Assembly: GCA_041619955.1 (NCBI GenBank)
Contig: JBFKDA010000001.1
Coordinates: 7,307 to 71,306 of the forward strand
Reading direction: 5' to 3'
Origin: Acidimicrobiia bacterium
GTDB taxonomy: Bacteria > Actinomycetota > Acidimicrobiia > Spongiisociales > JAOTWH01
DNA length: 64,000 bases
Shown here: positions 41,201 through 50,920 of the stretch, piece after piece
Position numbering within the stretch: position 1 is the first letter of the stretch
Layout: every line of letters starts with the position of its first letter
The notes under the pieces: model-generated
Databases searched by the model: none
What the model was told of the DNA's origin: nothing
What the model saw: the letters and a program-made list of their open reading frames with translations, nothing else
Translations under genes and position numbers: made by a program

Positions 41201-42483
41201 CCGCCTGCCCCGTCACCCGGCGCGAGTTCGTCCAGGGCCTCGGGGCGACGGTCGCCGTCGCGGTCGCCGGCGGCTACGGGATCTCCGTGTGGGGCCGCAA
41301 CCCGTCGCTCGCCGCCCCCGCCCCCCCGCCGGGCGCCTGGCCGACCGCCGCCGGGCGGACGCTGGTCGTCGTGGAGATGGGCGGGGGCAACGACGCGCTC
41401 AACATGGTGGTGCCGCACCACGCCGGCGTGTACCACGACCTGCGCGGCGAGCTGGCGATCACCGACCCGATCGACCTCGACGGCCGGATCGGCTTCCACC
41501 CCGCGCTCCCCCGCCTCGCCGACCGATACCGCGCCGGCGGGGTGGCGGTGGTCGAGGGCGTGGGCTATCCGGACCCCGACCTGTCCCACTTCGCGTCGCT
41601 GAGCACGTGGTGGGGTGCGGCGCCGGGGACGATCGCCGGCACCGGCTGGCTGGGCCGCTGGCTCGACGGCGCGGTCGGGGACGGCGACCCGCTGGCGGCC
41701 GTGGCGGTGGGTCCGGGCCCGGCGCCGGCGCTGGTCGGCGACACGTCGTTCGTCGTCACCGTGCAGGACGCCACCGGCCTGGCGCCCGACCTCCCGCCCT
41801 GGATCGACGACCCCGCCGAGCTGGTGGCCGCCTGGGCAGGATTCGCGGCGGGGCCGGTCGACTCCCCGGCGCTGCTGGGGCGCGTCCACGGGGCGATCGC
41901 CGCTACCCGGGCCGCACACGACCGCCTGGCCGGTGCGCTCGGCGGCGCCGCCGCGGGCGCGCGCCGGCAGCGGGGCACGCTGGCCGAGTTCCTGGACGTG
42001 GCGGCCCGCCTGGTGGTCTCCGACGACGTCGCGCCGTCCGTGATCTACGTGCACGGCTTCGGCGACTTCGACACGCACCAGGGCCAACCGGGCCGCCACG
42101 CCGGTCTGATGGGGCAGCTCGACGACGCGCTCGACACGTTCCTCGGCGAGGTGGACGCCGCCGGGCGAGCCGGCGACGTGGTCGTGATGACGGCGAGCGA
42201 GTTCGGCCGGCGGGCTGCGAGCAACGGCAGCGGCACCGACCACGGCACCGCGGCCGCCCACCTGCTGATCGGCGAACCGGTGGCCGGGGGCCGGCACGGC
42301 GAGCCGCTCGACCTCCGCGACCTCGACCGCCGCGGCAACCCCCGCCACACCGTCGACTTCCGCTCGGTCTACGCCACCGTCCTGGGCGACTGGCTCGGGG
42401 CCGACGCCGCCACCATCCTCGACGGCGACTACGAGCGGCTGCCGCTCCTGGAGCGGCGCCGCAGCCCCCTCGGCCCTCGCTGA
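41197..42483 (+). CDS. DUF1501 family protein with Tat signal
   Basis: Tat motif TRREFVQGLGA. Sulfatase-like core (VVEMGGGNDALN, SEFGRR, GTDHG). Confidence 0.85.
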   Translation: MTACPVTRREFVQGLGATVAVAVAGGYGISVWGRNPSLAAPAPPPGAWPTAAGRTLVVVEMGGGNDALNMVVPHHAGVYHDLRGELAITDPIDLDGRIGFHPALPRLADRYRAGGVAVVEGVGYPDPDLSHFASLSTWWGAAPGTIAGTGWLGRWLDGAVGDGDPLAAVAVGPGPAPALVGDTSFVVTVQDATGLAPDLPPWIDDPAELVAAWAGFAAGPVDSPALLGRVHGAIAATRAAHDRLAGALGGAAAGARRQRGTLAEFLDVAARLVVSDDVAPSVIYVHGFGDFDTHQGQPGRHAGLMGQLDDALDTFLGEVDAAGRAGDVVVMTASEFGRRAASNGSGTDHGTAAAHLLIGEPVAGGRHGEPLDLRDLDRRGNPRHTVDFRSVYATVLGDWLGADAATILDGDYERLPLLERRRSPLGPR

Positions 42484-42531
42484 CCTCGCGGCCAGTTCGC
42501 GCTACCCCCGCCTCGCGGTAGCGTGCCGGCC

Positions 42532-43419
42532 ATGCTGCGCCCCCTCGCGATGCTCGCCGTGGTGACCGTCGTCGCCGCCGCCTGCACGCTCGACAACGAG
42601 CCCGAGGCCGTGCCGCCGTCGACCGCCCCACCGGCCACCGAGGCGACCAGCACGGTCGCCACCGTCCCGCCCACGATCCCCGCCGGCGACCGGGCGGGAG
42701 TGGTGCGCGCACTCGACGGCGACTCGCTCGTCGTCACCGTCGACGGCGTCGAGGAGGAGGTGCGGCTCCTCGGCATCAACGCGCCCGAGGGCGACGAGTG
42801 CTTCGGCGACCGGGCAGGCGAGGCGCTGACGGCCCGGCTCGTCGGGCAGGACGTGGTGCTGGTGGCCGACGGCGAGGACGACCGCGACCAGTTCGGGCGG
42901 CTCCTCCGCCACGTGTACGTGGACGTGGTCAACGTCAACGCGGCCATGCTCCGCAACGGCTTCGCGGTGGCGATGAGCGGCAGCCACTCGCTGGCCGATG
43001 ACTACCGCGCCGCCGAGGAGGCAGCCTTCGCCGACCGGCTCGGGATGTGGGCGACGTTGCCCTGCGGCGGCGAGGGGCAGCCGCAGCAAGCGATCGTGAT
43101 CACGGAGCTGGCCTCCGACCCAAGTGGTCCCGACGAGGACGCGCTCGAAGCCGAGTGGGTGGCGATCCGCAACGACGGGGAGCTCCCGGCGGACCTCAGC
43201 GGTTGGTCGCTGCGCGACGAGTCGTCCGTCAACCGCTACGTGTTCCCCGACGGGTTCGGCCTGGCGCCTGGACGTGAGGTGCGGGTGCGCACCGGGTGCG
43301 GCACCGACGACGCCGCCAACCTGTACTGGTGCGCGGACGGGCCCATCTGGAACAACGGCGGCGACACGGCCCTGCTCCTCCACTCGAATTCGACCGTGAT
43401 GTCCCGGCTCACGTATTGA
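42532..43419 (+). CDS. Secreted thermonuclease (SNase-like) lipoprotein with C-terminal lamin-tail domain
   Basis: Lipobox AVVTVVAAAC. SNase core (GDSLVV...VRLLGINAPE...RYVYV). LTD region ITELASDP...EWVAIRNDGELPADLSGWSLRD. Confidence 0.8.
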   Translation: MLRPLAMLAVVTVVAAACTLDNEPEAVPPSTAPPATEATSTVATVPPTIPAGDRAGVVRALDGDSLVVTVDGVEEEVRLLGINAPEGDECFGDRAGEALTARLVGQDVVLVADGEDDRDQFGRLLRHVYVDVVNVNAAMLRNGFAVAMSGSHSLADDYRAAEEAAFADRLGMWATLPCGGEGQPQQAIVITELASDPSGPDEDALEAEWVAIRNDGELPADLSGWSLRDESSVNRYVFPDGFGLAPGREVRVRTGCGTDDAANLYWCADGPIWNNGGDTALLLHSNSTVMSRLTY

Positions 43420-43432
43420 CCCGAGGGGTATC

Positions 43433-44482
43433 GTGACGGCGATGCGGTTGTTCACCGGCACGCGCAAGGGGCTGTTCACCCTCGTCGGCGAAGGCGATCG
43501 CTGGGAGGTCGAGGGCCCGGCCTTCGCCGGCTGGGAGGTCAACTCCGTCGACCACGACCCGCACACCGCCACCACGTACGCCGCGGTCACGTCGGCCACC
43601 TACGGCCCGGTGATCGCGCGCCGCCGCGACGGCGGCGCCAGCTGGGAGCACTCCAGCGAGGGCTTCACCTACGGCGACGGCGGCCCCGAGCTGGTGGGAG
43701 CGTGGGCGGTCAAGGCCGGCCGCGACCCCGGCCTTGTGTACGCGGGCGCCCGCCCCGCCGGCCTGTTCCGCAGCACCGACGGCGGCGAGACGTGGGCCGA
43801 GCTGGCGGCGCTGCGCAGCCACCCGACCAGCGAGCTGTGGTCGCCGGGCGCCGCCGGGCTCATCCTGCACACGATCGTGCCGCACCCCAGCGACCCGCAG
43901 CAGCTGTGGGTCGGCATCTCGGCGGCGGGGGTGTACCACACGGCCGACGGGGGGCAGAGCTGGGAGCCCCGCAACGCCGGCATCGGCGCACCTTGGGAGA
44001 CCCCCGAGCCCCCACCCGCCGGGCAGTGCTGCCACAAGGTCCGCCTCGCCGGCGGGTCGGCCACCCGCATGTTCCAACAGAACCACGTGGGCCAGTACCG
44101 GAGCGACGACGCCGGCGCCACCTGGGACCCGATCGACACCGGGCTGCCGTCGAGCTTCGGCTTCCCGGTGGCGGTGCACCCCACCGACCACGACACTGCG
44201 TGGTTCCTGCCGCTGGTGGGCGATTCCCGGCGTTTCGTGCCCGACGGCCAGCCGGCGGTCTACCGCACCCGGGACGGCGGCGCCACCTACACCCGGCACG
44301 TCGATGGGCTGCCCGCGTCGCATGCCCACCTCGTGGTGCTGCGGGACGCGATGATCGCCGACGCCGACGGCGTGTACTTCGGCACGTCGACGGGCCAGGT
44401 GTTCGCCAGCCACGACGAGGGCGACAGCTGGAGCCACGCCGCCGACTTCCTGCCGCCGGTGCACGCGCTCGCGGTCGGATGA
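43433..44482 (+). CDS. BNR/Asp-box repeat beta-propeller protein (Ycf48/sortilin-like)
   Basis: Five S/TxDGGxxW-type Asp-boxes (STDGGETW, TADGGQSW, SDDAGATW, TRDGGATY, SHDEGDSW). Confidence 0.8.
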   Translation: MTAMRLFTGTRKGLFTLVGEGDRWEVEGPAFAGWEVNSVDHDPHTATTYAAVTSATYGPVIARRRDGGASWEHSSEGFTYGDGGPELVGAWAVKAGRDPGLVYAGARPAGLFRSTDGGETWAELAALRSHPTSELWSPGAAGLILHTIVPHPSDPQQLWVGISAAGVYHTADGGQSWEPRNAGIGAPWETPEPPPAGQCCHKVRLAGGSATRMFQQNHVGQYRSDDAGATWDPIDTGLPSSFGFPVAVHPTDHDTAWFLPLVGDSRRFVPDGQPAVYRTRDGGATYTRHVDGLPASHAHLVVLRDAMIADADGVYFGTSTGQVFASHDEGDSWSHAADFLPPVHALAVG

Positions 44483-44739
44483 GCGTGTCGGTGCGCCTGC
44501 CGCGGGAGCTGCGGCAGGTCTACGAGCTGCCCGACCCCGTCGAGGTGGAGGGCGGCACGGTGGCGGAGGTGATCGCGGCGCTGGACGACCTCGGCCCCGG
44601 CGTGGCGCACCGGCTCGTCGACGCCGGCCGGCTGCGGCGGCACATCGTGGTCTTCGTCGGGGTCGGCCACGCCGACCTCGACACCGAGGTACCTGTGGAC
44701 GGCGACGTCACCGTGGTGACGGCGGTCGCAGGCGGGTGA
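44479..44739 (+). CDS. MoaD/ThiS/CysO-family ubiquitin-like sulfur-carrier protein (C-terminal GlyGly)
   Basis: 86 aa ending ...VVTAVAGG*. The ATG overlaps the BNR-protein stop (ATGA). Confidence 0.75.
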   Translation: MSVSVRLPRELRQVYELPDPVEVEGGTVAEVIAALDDLGPGVAHRLVDAGRLRRHIVVFVGVGHADLDTEVPVDGDVTVVTAVAGG

Positions 44740-44757
44740 GCGCGGCGGCGCGGCGGG

Positions 44758-46305
44758 TCAGAGCCGCTCGGCGACCGTCTTCATCTCCATGAACAGCCGC
44801 AAGTAGTCGGGCCCGCCGGCCTTGGCGTTGGAGCCCGACATGTCCATCCCGCCGAACGGCTGGATGCCGACGAGCGCCCCGGTGATCTTGCGGTTGAGGT
44901 AGAGGTTGCCGACCCGCAGCTCGCGGCGAGCGCGATCGAGGCGGTCCCGTTCCCGGCTGAACAGGCCGCCGGTGAGGGCGAAGTCGGTGTCGTTGAAGAT
45001 CCGCACCGCGTCGTCGAAGTCGGCGGCCCGCAACACCGACAGCACCGGCCCGAAGATCTCGTGGCGGGCCAGGCGCGCATCGGCCGGCACGTCGGCAAAC
45101 ACGGTCGGCTTGATGTAGAAGCCCCCGTCCCGATCGATGGCGTCGCCGCCGAGGACGAGCTTCGCCTGGTCGCGTCCGCTCTCGATCTCGGCGAGGATGC
45201 TGGCGTGCTGGCGGCCGCTGATCACCGCAGTCACGGCCGAGTTGTCCACCGCCGGGCCCACGTCGAGCTGGCCGGCCCCCGTGACGACCCGGTCGAGTAC
45301 CTCGTCGTACACCTCGTCGACGACGATGAGCCGTGAGCACGCCGAGCACTTCTGGCCCTGGAAGCCGAAGGCGCTGGTGACGGCTGCCGCGGCGGCCGCC
45401 TCCAGGTCGGCGGTCTCGTCGACGATCAGCGCGTCCTTGCCGCCCAGCTCCATGAAGGCCCGCTTCAGGAAGCGCTGACCGGGGTGGACGACTGCGGCCC
45501 GCTCGGCGATGCGCAGCCCGACCTCCTTGGAGCCCGTGAAGTTCACGAAGCGGGTGCGGGGGTGGTCGACCAGGTGGTCGCCGAGCGCGGCGCCGGGCCC
45601 GGTCACCAGGTTGAACACGCCGGGCGGGATGCCGGCCTCCGCGACCGCGTCGAGGAAGCGGGCTGCGATAACAGGCGTGTCGGACGCCGGCTTGATGACG
45701 ACCGTGTTGCCGGCGGCGACCGGCCCCGTGCTCATGCCCACCAGGATCGCCAGCGGGAAGTTCCACGGCGGGATCACCGCGCCGGCGCCGATGGCCTGCA
45801 GCCACGAATGGTTGATCTCGCCGGGCCAGGGGTGAACGGGCACCGGCTCGGCCATCGCCAGCGCGCTCCGGGCGTAGTACTCCACGAAGTCGATGGCCTC
45901 GGCGACGTCCGCCTCGGCCTCCGCCCAGTTCTTGCCCGCCTCGTAGGTCTCCCATGCGGCGAACTCGAACTTGCGCCTCCTGAGCACGGCCGCCAGCTTG
46001 ACCAGCGCCTCGGCGCGCTCGACGGCGGGCCGCGTCGACCATGCGGCGAAGGCGCCCCAGGCGGCGTCGAGCGCCTGGTCGACGTGCTCGGTGCCGCCCT
46101 GCGCCACGGTGCCGACGAGCTCGGAGGGACGGCACGGATCACGGCTCTCCAGTGGCTCGCCGGCGTCGACGTGCTCGCCGCCGATCACGAGCGGGTCATG
46201 GCCGCCGAGCGCGGCCCCGACGCCGGCGAGGGCCAGCTCGTAGGCCGCGCGGGCCTCGGGGCGGCGGAAGTCCGAGTAAGGCTCGGTGCGGTACGGCTCG
46301 AACAT
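44758..46305 (-). CDS. pruA: L-glutamate gamma-semialdehyde (1-pyrroline-5-carboxylate) dehydrogenase
   Basis: ALDH-family catalytic motifs ELGGKD and [10 protein letters not shown]. 515-aa PruA/RocA-like architecture. Confidence 0.9.
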   Translation of the reverse strand: MFEPYRTEPYSDFRRPEARAAYELALAGVGAALGGHDPLVIGGEHVDAGEPLESRDPCRPSELVGTVAQGGTEHVDQALDAAWGAFAAWSTRPAVERAEALVKLAAVLRRRKFEFAAWETYEAGKNWAEAEADVAEAIDFVEYYARSALAMAEPVPVHPWPGEINHSWLQAIGAGAVIPPWNFPLAILVGMSTGPVAAGNTVVIKPASDTPVIAARFLDAVAEAGIPPGVFNLVTGPGAALGDHLVDHPRTRFVNFTGSKEVGLRIAERAAVVHPGQRFLKRAFMELGGKDALIVDETADLEAAAAAAVTSAFGFQGQKCSACSRLIVVDEVYDEVLDRVVTGAGQLDVGPAVDNSAVTAVISGRQHASILAEIESGRDQAKLVLGGDAIDRDGGFYIKPTVFADVPADARLARHEIFGPVLSVLRAADFDDAVRIFNDTDFALTGGLFSRERDRLDRARRELRVGNLYLNRKITGALVGIQPFGGMDMSGSNAKAGGPDYLRLFMEMKTVAERL

Positions 46306-46353
46306 CGGCGATCTCCTCGGGACGGCGCGGCCCTCAGTATGCCGAAGTCGCGG

Positions 46354-48489
46354 TCACGCGGCGGCGGGCAGCCTCACCTCGACCCGGCACCCGACTCCGT
46401 CCGCCCCCGAGCCGATCTCGACCGACCCTCCGTGCGCCTCGGTCAGCTCGCGCACCAGGTAGAGGCCGATCCCGGTCCCGGGCTTGCCGTGCGCCCCCTC
46501 CAGCCGGAAGAACCGGTGAAAGACCTGCTCGCGATACTGCTCGGGGATGCCCGGCCCCGCGTCCTCGACGATCACGGCCACGTTCTCGCCGGCCGGCTCG
46601 GCGTGCAGCCGGACCGGCGTCCGCTCCGGGCTGTACTTCGCGGCGTTCTCCAGCAGGTTCACGAGGATCTGGCGCACCCGGACCGGGTCGCCGGTCATCG
46701 CTGGCAGGGAACCGGGTATGTCGAACGTGATGTCGCGTGACGGGTAGCTGTGGCGCACGACCTCCACCGACTCCGCCGCCAGCCGGTGCAGATCGATCTC
46801 GACACGGTCGATGTGGAGCACGCCTGCTTCGAGGCGCGACGTGTCGAGCAGGTTGCCGATGATGCCCTCGAGCACCACGGCCTCCCGGCGCACGTCGTCG
46901 ACGAACTCGCGCAGCCGGTCCTCCTCGAGCCACTCGTTGAGGATCTCCGAGAAGCCGATGATCGCGGTGAGTGGGGTGCGCAGCTCGTGCGAGACCGTGG
47001 CGACGAAGCCGGTCTTCTGGCGGCCCAGCTCCTCCAGCCGGTTGACCGAGGTCCGCTCGGTCTCGAGGACCGCAACCGTGCTGAGGCTGAGCGCCCCCTG
47101 GGTGGCGAGCGCGGCCACGATCCGCAGGTCGGTGTCCCGGTACGGTCGCCGGCTGGGGCCGAACGACACCACCCAGCCGAGCTCCTGGGAGGCCCTGCGC
47201 AGCGGCACCACGAGCGCCCGGCCCACCCCGGGCTCGAGGCCGGGCAGCTGGGCGAGGTCGTCTCCGTACAGGGCGTGCGCCCCGTCGGTCCCCACCAGCG
47301 CCTCGCCGTCGCCCGCCGCGAGCCGCCCGGCGAGCTCACCGCCCTCGCTCTCGTTGCCGCGCACCGCGGTGGCGCCGTTGGCGGCGACGACCACCGTAGC
47401 GGAGTCGCCGATCACCTCGTGGACCGCATCCCCGATCACCGCCAGCACGCCCTCGGTGGAGAACTGCGCGCCGGCGTGCGCCATCGCGGCCAGCACGACG
47501 CGGGCGTGCCGGCGACTCTGCTGGAGCCCGTCGACCAGTCGGGCGACCTTCACGCCGACGGCCGCCTGATGGGCGAGCCCGCAGCCGATGCGGAGATCGC
47601 GGGCAGGCACCGGCACCGCCTCCGTGTCGTCCAGCACCATCACACCGACCGCCTCGTCCCACGCCATCATCGGCACGATCAGCACCCTGGCGACGCCTTG
47701 CGGCACCACCCATGCCGCCGGGCGCAGGTCGGCGGCCGACGCCGGGGCGGTGAACATCAGCGGGTCCCCGGTGGCCATCGCGGCATTGGCCGCCGGCAGA
47801 CCGAGGCCGTCCGCGAAGACGCGCCACCCGGCCAGCGGCGCCGGGCCTGCCGCCGTCTCCGACGCCGCCGCGACGAGCCCGTGGTCGCCGCTGCGAAGCA
47901 GCACCGTGCAGCGGCCCAGCCCGGTCGCCCACACCGCATTGCGAGCGGCGGCTGCCAGCACGCGACCGAGCTGCGTCGTCCCGGCCAGCGTTGCTGCCAT
48001 AGCCCGCAGGGCACCAGCCTCGGACACCGGCCGCCCCCCCTCGACCGCGAGCACGGCCTCGATGGCGATCGTCATCGCCTCGCCGACCGCCACGAGATGC
48101 TCGAGCGCCGCCGCGCCGACATTCGCGCCGTCTGCGACGAGCGCGCCCCTGAGCCCGTCGCCGCCGGACAGCGGCACCAGCGGCGTCGGGCCGTCGATCG
48201 CCAGCTCAGGCGGGATCCGGCCGCCGTCGGTGACCAGCTCGGGTCCGGTATGGCGAACGCGCGCCAGCAACGCCTGGGCGGGGAGGGCGAGATCGCGGCG
48301 CACCACCGCGCCGCCCGGTCCGGCCTCGACCACGAGCGGTCGCTCGGGCTCGGGCTCGGCGAGGACGACTGCAATCACGCGCGCGGCGCCGAGCCGCCGG
48401 GCGGCTCCGGCCACGATCTCGGCGATGAGCGCGTCGCGGTCGCCGGCCGGCTCGGGGGACGGTCGCCGCCCGGCGCTCCCCGCCGTCAT
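46354..48489 (-). CDS. Soluble multi-GAF sensor histidine kinase
   Basis: Three GAF-like segments. HisKA H-box VSHELRTPL. HATPase_c N, G1, G2 boxes (NLLENAAKY, DAGPGIP, GTGIGL). No TM segment, and no response regulator in the window. Confidence 0.9.
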   Translation of the reverse strand: MTAGSAGRRPSPEPAGDRDALIAEIVAGAARRLGAARVIAVVLAEPEPERPLVVEAGPGGAVVRRDLALPAQALLARVRHTGPELVTDGGRIPPELAIDGPTPLVPLSGGDGLRGALVADGANVGAAALEHLVAVGEAMTIAIEAVLAVEGGRPVSEAGALRAMAATLAGTTQLGRVLAAAARNAVWATGLGRCTVLLRSGDHGLVAAASETAAGPAPLAGWRVFADGLGLPAANAAMATGDPLMFTAPASAADLRPAAWVVPQGVARVLIVPMMAWDEAVGVMVLDDTEAVPVPARDLRIGCGLAHQAAVGVKVARLVDGLQQSRRHARVVLAAMAHAGAQFSTEGVLAVIGDAVHEVIGDSATVVVAANGATAVRGNESEGGELAGRLAAGDGEALVGTDGAHALYGDDLAQLPGLEPGVGRALVVPLRRASQELGWVVSFGPSRRPYRDTDLRIVAALATQGALSLSTVAVLETERTSVNRLEELGRQKTGFVATVSHELRTPLTAIIGFSEILNEWLEEDRLREFVDDVRREAVVLEGIIGNLLDTSRLEAGVLHIDRVEIDLHRLAAESVEVVRHSYPSRDITFDIPGSLPAMTGDPVRVRQILVNLLENAAKYSPERTPVRLHAEPAGENVAVIVEDAGPGIPEQYREQVFHRFFRLEGAHGKPGTGIGLYLVRELTEAHGGSVEIGSGADGVGCRVEVRLPAAA

Positions 48490-48586
48490 GAGTCGAACAT
48501 CCGTACTCCAGTCGGTTCATTGCTGGTATCGGCTGGAGTCGGCCGGGAGTTGACACATAGCGGACGGCCAGTGCTCGCTCGGGCGG

Positions 48587-48670
48587 CGTGCCGCCGGCTG
48601 CCTACTCGGGCAGCGTGCCGCCAGCTGCCTGCTTCGGCCGCGTGCCGCCGCCAGCTGCCTACATTTGCGG
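48587..48670. repeat. Tandem 27-bp repeat x3 (CGTGCCGCC..GCTGCCT..CGG) in a divergent promoter region
   Basis: Three imperfect copies lie between the histidine-kinase start (48489) and the MFS start (about 48669). Confidence 0.7.
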
Positions 48671-49922
48671 CGTGGCGGCCCGAGTCGACGTATGGCGACC
48701 GACTCGCCTGAGCGTCGCCGCTTGGGCGTCCTACGACCTCGCCAACACCATCTTCGCCCTCGGCGTCAGCGCCCTCTACTTCCCCCAGTGGCTGACCGAA
48801 CGCAACGTTCCCGACCTGGCCCTCGCCGTGGCCATCGACGCGGCGATGGTGGTCGTGATCGTGCTGGGGCCGTGGATCGGCGCACGCTCCGACCACCGCG
48901 GCCGGCGAAAGCCGTACCTGGTCCCGGCGACGATGCTCGCCGTCGTGCCGACCCTGTTCCTCGCCGGCGTGGGCGTCGTCGGGTCGCTCGTCCTGTTCTC
49001 GGTGGCGTTGATCGGCTTCAACCTCGGCGCGGTGATCTACGACGCGCTGCTCCCGGACGTGAGCACGGAGGCCAACCGCGGCCGCGTGTCCGGGCTCGGC
49101 GTCGCGGTCGGCTACCTCGGGTCGTTCGTTGCGCTGGCAACGGGGATCCTGCTGCTCGACCGGGTCGGGCATGACGGCCTGTTCCGGGCGATCGCCGTGC
49201 TGTTCCTCCTGTTCGCGCTGCCGACGTTCGCGTTCGTCCGGGAGCGTCCCCGGCCTCGGATGCCGGGCCCGCCTCCGGCCCTGCGCTCCAGCCTCCGGGG
49301 GCTGGCGGCGTCGTGGCGGCGGGCCCGGGCGGTGCCCGGCGTCGCCAGGTTCCTGGTGGGGCGCTTCCTCTACGCCGACGCGATCAACACCCTCATCGGC
49401 GGCTTCGTCACGATCTTCGTCATCGAGGAACTGGACTTCAGCGACCGGGAAGTGGAGGTGCTGCTCGGCCTGTCGATCGCCGCCGCGATGGCCGGCGGCG
49501 CGGTGGCCGGCCGCTTCGTCGACCGGGTGGGCGCGCGCCGGGTGCTCCATGCCGCCCTCCACACGTGGATCGCCGGCATCGTGGCGGTGGTGGCGGCCGC
49601 GGTGTTCGACCTGCGGTCGCTCGCCTGGCTACTCGGACTCGCCGGCGGCGCGGCGCTCGGCGCCACGTGGGCGAGCGACCGCGCCTACATGGCCGCTCTC
49701 ACGCCCGCGGCGCGGTTCGGGGAGTTCTACGGCCTCTACGCCACCGTGGGTCGATTCGCGACCGTACTCGGGCCGCTGATCTGGGGGCTGCTGGTGACCG
49801 TCGCGGGTCTGCCGAGGACCGTGGCGATGGGCGCCCTGCTGGCGTTCCTCGTTGCGGGGCGGCTCGTGCTGGCCGGGGTCCCGCCGGTGCGGACCTACGC
49901 CAGCGCCGACTCCAGCGTGTAG
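48669..49922 (+). CDS. MFS transporter
   Basis: About 12 TM helices. WASYDLANTIF N-terminus. The start was chosen downstream of the tandem repeats; the ORF-track start at 48588 would translate the repeats. Confidence 0.75.
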   Translation, partial: GVAARVDVWRPTRLSVAAWASYDLANTIFALGVSALYFPQWLTERNVPDLALAVAIDAAMVVVIVLGPWIGARSDHRGRRKPYLVPATMLAVVPTLFLAGVGVVGSLVLFSVALIGFNLGAVIYDALLPDVSTEANRGRVSGLGVAVGYLGSFVALATGILLLDRVGHDGLFRAIAVLFLLFALPTFAFVRERPRPRMPGPPPALRSSLRGLAASWRRARAVPGVARFLVGRFLYADAINTLIGGFVTIFVIEELDFSDREVEVLLGLSIAAAMAGGAVAGRFVDRVGARRVLHAALHTWIAGIVAVVAAAVFDLRSLAWLLGLAGGAALGATWASDRAYMAALTPAARFGEFYGLYATVGRFATVLGPLIWGLLVTVAGLPRTVAMGALLAFLVAGRLVLAGVPPVRTYASADSSV

Positions 49923-50920
49923 AGATCCGGGAGGCCGTCGGTGCCGGCCGCGCCCGCGGCCAGGCGCCGCCCGACCTCGACGAGGACATCGCGACTGGCG
50001 ATGTCCCAGGGCCACTCGGTGGCACCGGTGCGGGCACCGACCACGGCACCGGTGATCGCCGCCATCGTGTCGGCGTCGCCGCCCAGGGAGACCGCGAGCC
50101 GCACCGGTCCGGCGGGCTCGTCGCGCTTGTCCGCCGCGAGCACCAGGGCGGTCACGACCGAGGCCGGCGCGTACGCGTCGGTCCCCGCTCCGACGGCGCG
50201 CGTCGAGGTCTGGCGGGCCCGTTCGCCAACCATCCCGGCCATCTCCCCGGCAGGCCGCCCGACCAGGGCGGCCGCCCCCCGGAGCGCCGACGAGAACGCA
50301 TGCCACTTGTCGCCGGGGCTGACCCGGGAGAAGTAGTCGCTGAACATCTCGTGCTCGGCGTCGGCCGCGGCGTCCGCCGCCTCGTGCACCAGGTCGGCTC
50401 CGGACAGGCCACGCGCCGCGGCAGCCACGGCCGTCGCCACTGCGGCGGCCGCCGCGACCCCCCGCGGGTCGCCGTGGGTGACCAGCGAAGCCGCCACCGC
50501 CTGCCCCACGACCCGAGCCCGGTCGCTCGCGAACCGGATGCCCACCGGCGCCACTCGCATGGCCGCGCCGTTGCCGGCGCTCGGCTGCGCGGCCTCCGCC
50601 ACCGCCGCTCCGTCCCGGCGGAGCGCGACGAACGAGCGGAAGCCGGGACCGGCGCCCCGGTAGACGCCGGTCCCGTCCGGCTCGGCGAGCTCGACGAGCG
50701 CATCGGCGAGCGCATCGGGGTCGACCTCGCCGTGGTCGAGCAGGTGATACGCGAGCACCAACGCCTGCTGAGTGTCGTCGGTATACACGGAACCGGGCCG
50801 GGGCATCAGCGGGCCGGGGCCGGCGACCGCCGCCACCCCTGCCGGGGTGAGCCCCTCGTACCCGGCGCCGAGCACGTCGCCGGCCGCCAGCCCCACCAGT
50901 GCGGCGGCGATGCCGGTCAT
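49895..50920 (-). CDS. ADP-ribosylglycohydrolase family protein (DraG/ARH-like)
   Basis: ARH-fold signatures (YTDDTQ, GNGAAMR, GGDADT). ATGA overlap with the upstream phosphoribosyltransferase. Confidence 0.8.
   Translation of the reverse strand: MTGIAAALVGLAAGDVLGAGYEGLTPAGVAAVAGPGPLMPRPGSVYTDDTQQALVLAYHLLDHGEVDPDALADALVELAEPDGTGVYRGAGPGFRSFVALRRDGAAVAEAAQPSAGNGAAMRVAPVGIRFASDRARVVGQAVAASLVTHGDPRGVAAAAAVATAVAAAARGLSGADLVHEAADAAADAEHEMFSDYFSRVSPGDKWHAFSSALRGAAALVGRPAGEMAGMVGERARQTSTRAVGAGTDAYAPASVVTALVLAADKRDEPAGPVRLAVSLGGDADTMAAITGAVVGARTGATEWPWDIASRDVLVEVGRRLAAGAAGTDGLPDLYTLESALA

Noticed and set aside
48588-48668. N-terminal extension of the MFS transporter encoding PPAAY repeats
   Set aside because: The residues come from the 27-bp promoter-region tandem repeat. 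A canonical MFS N-terminus begins at the downstream GTG.
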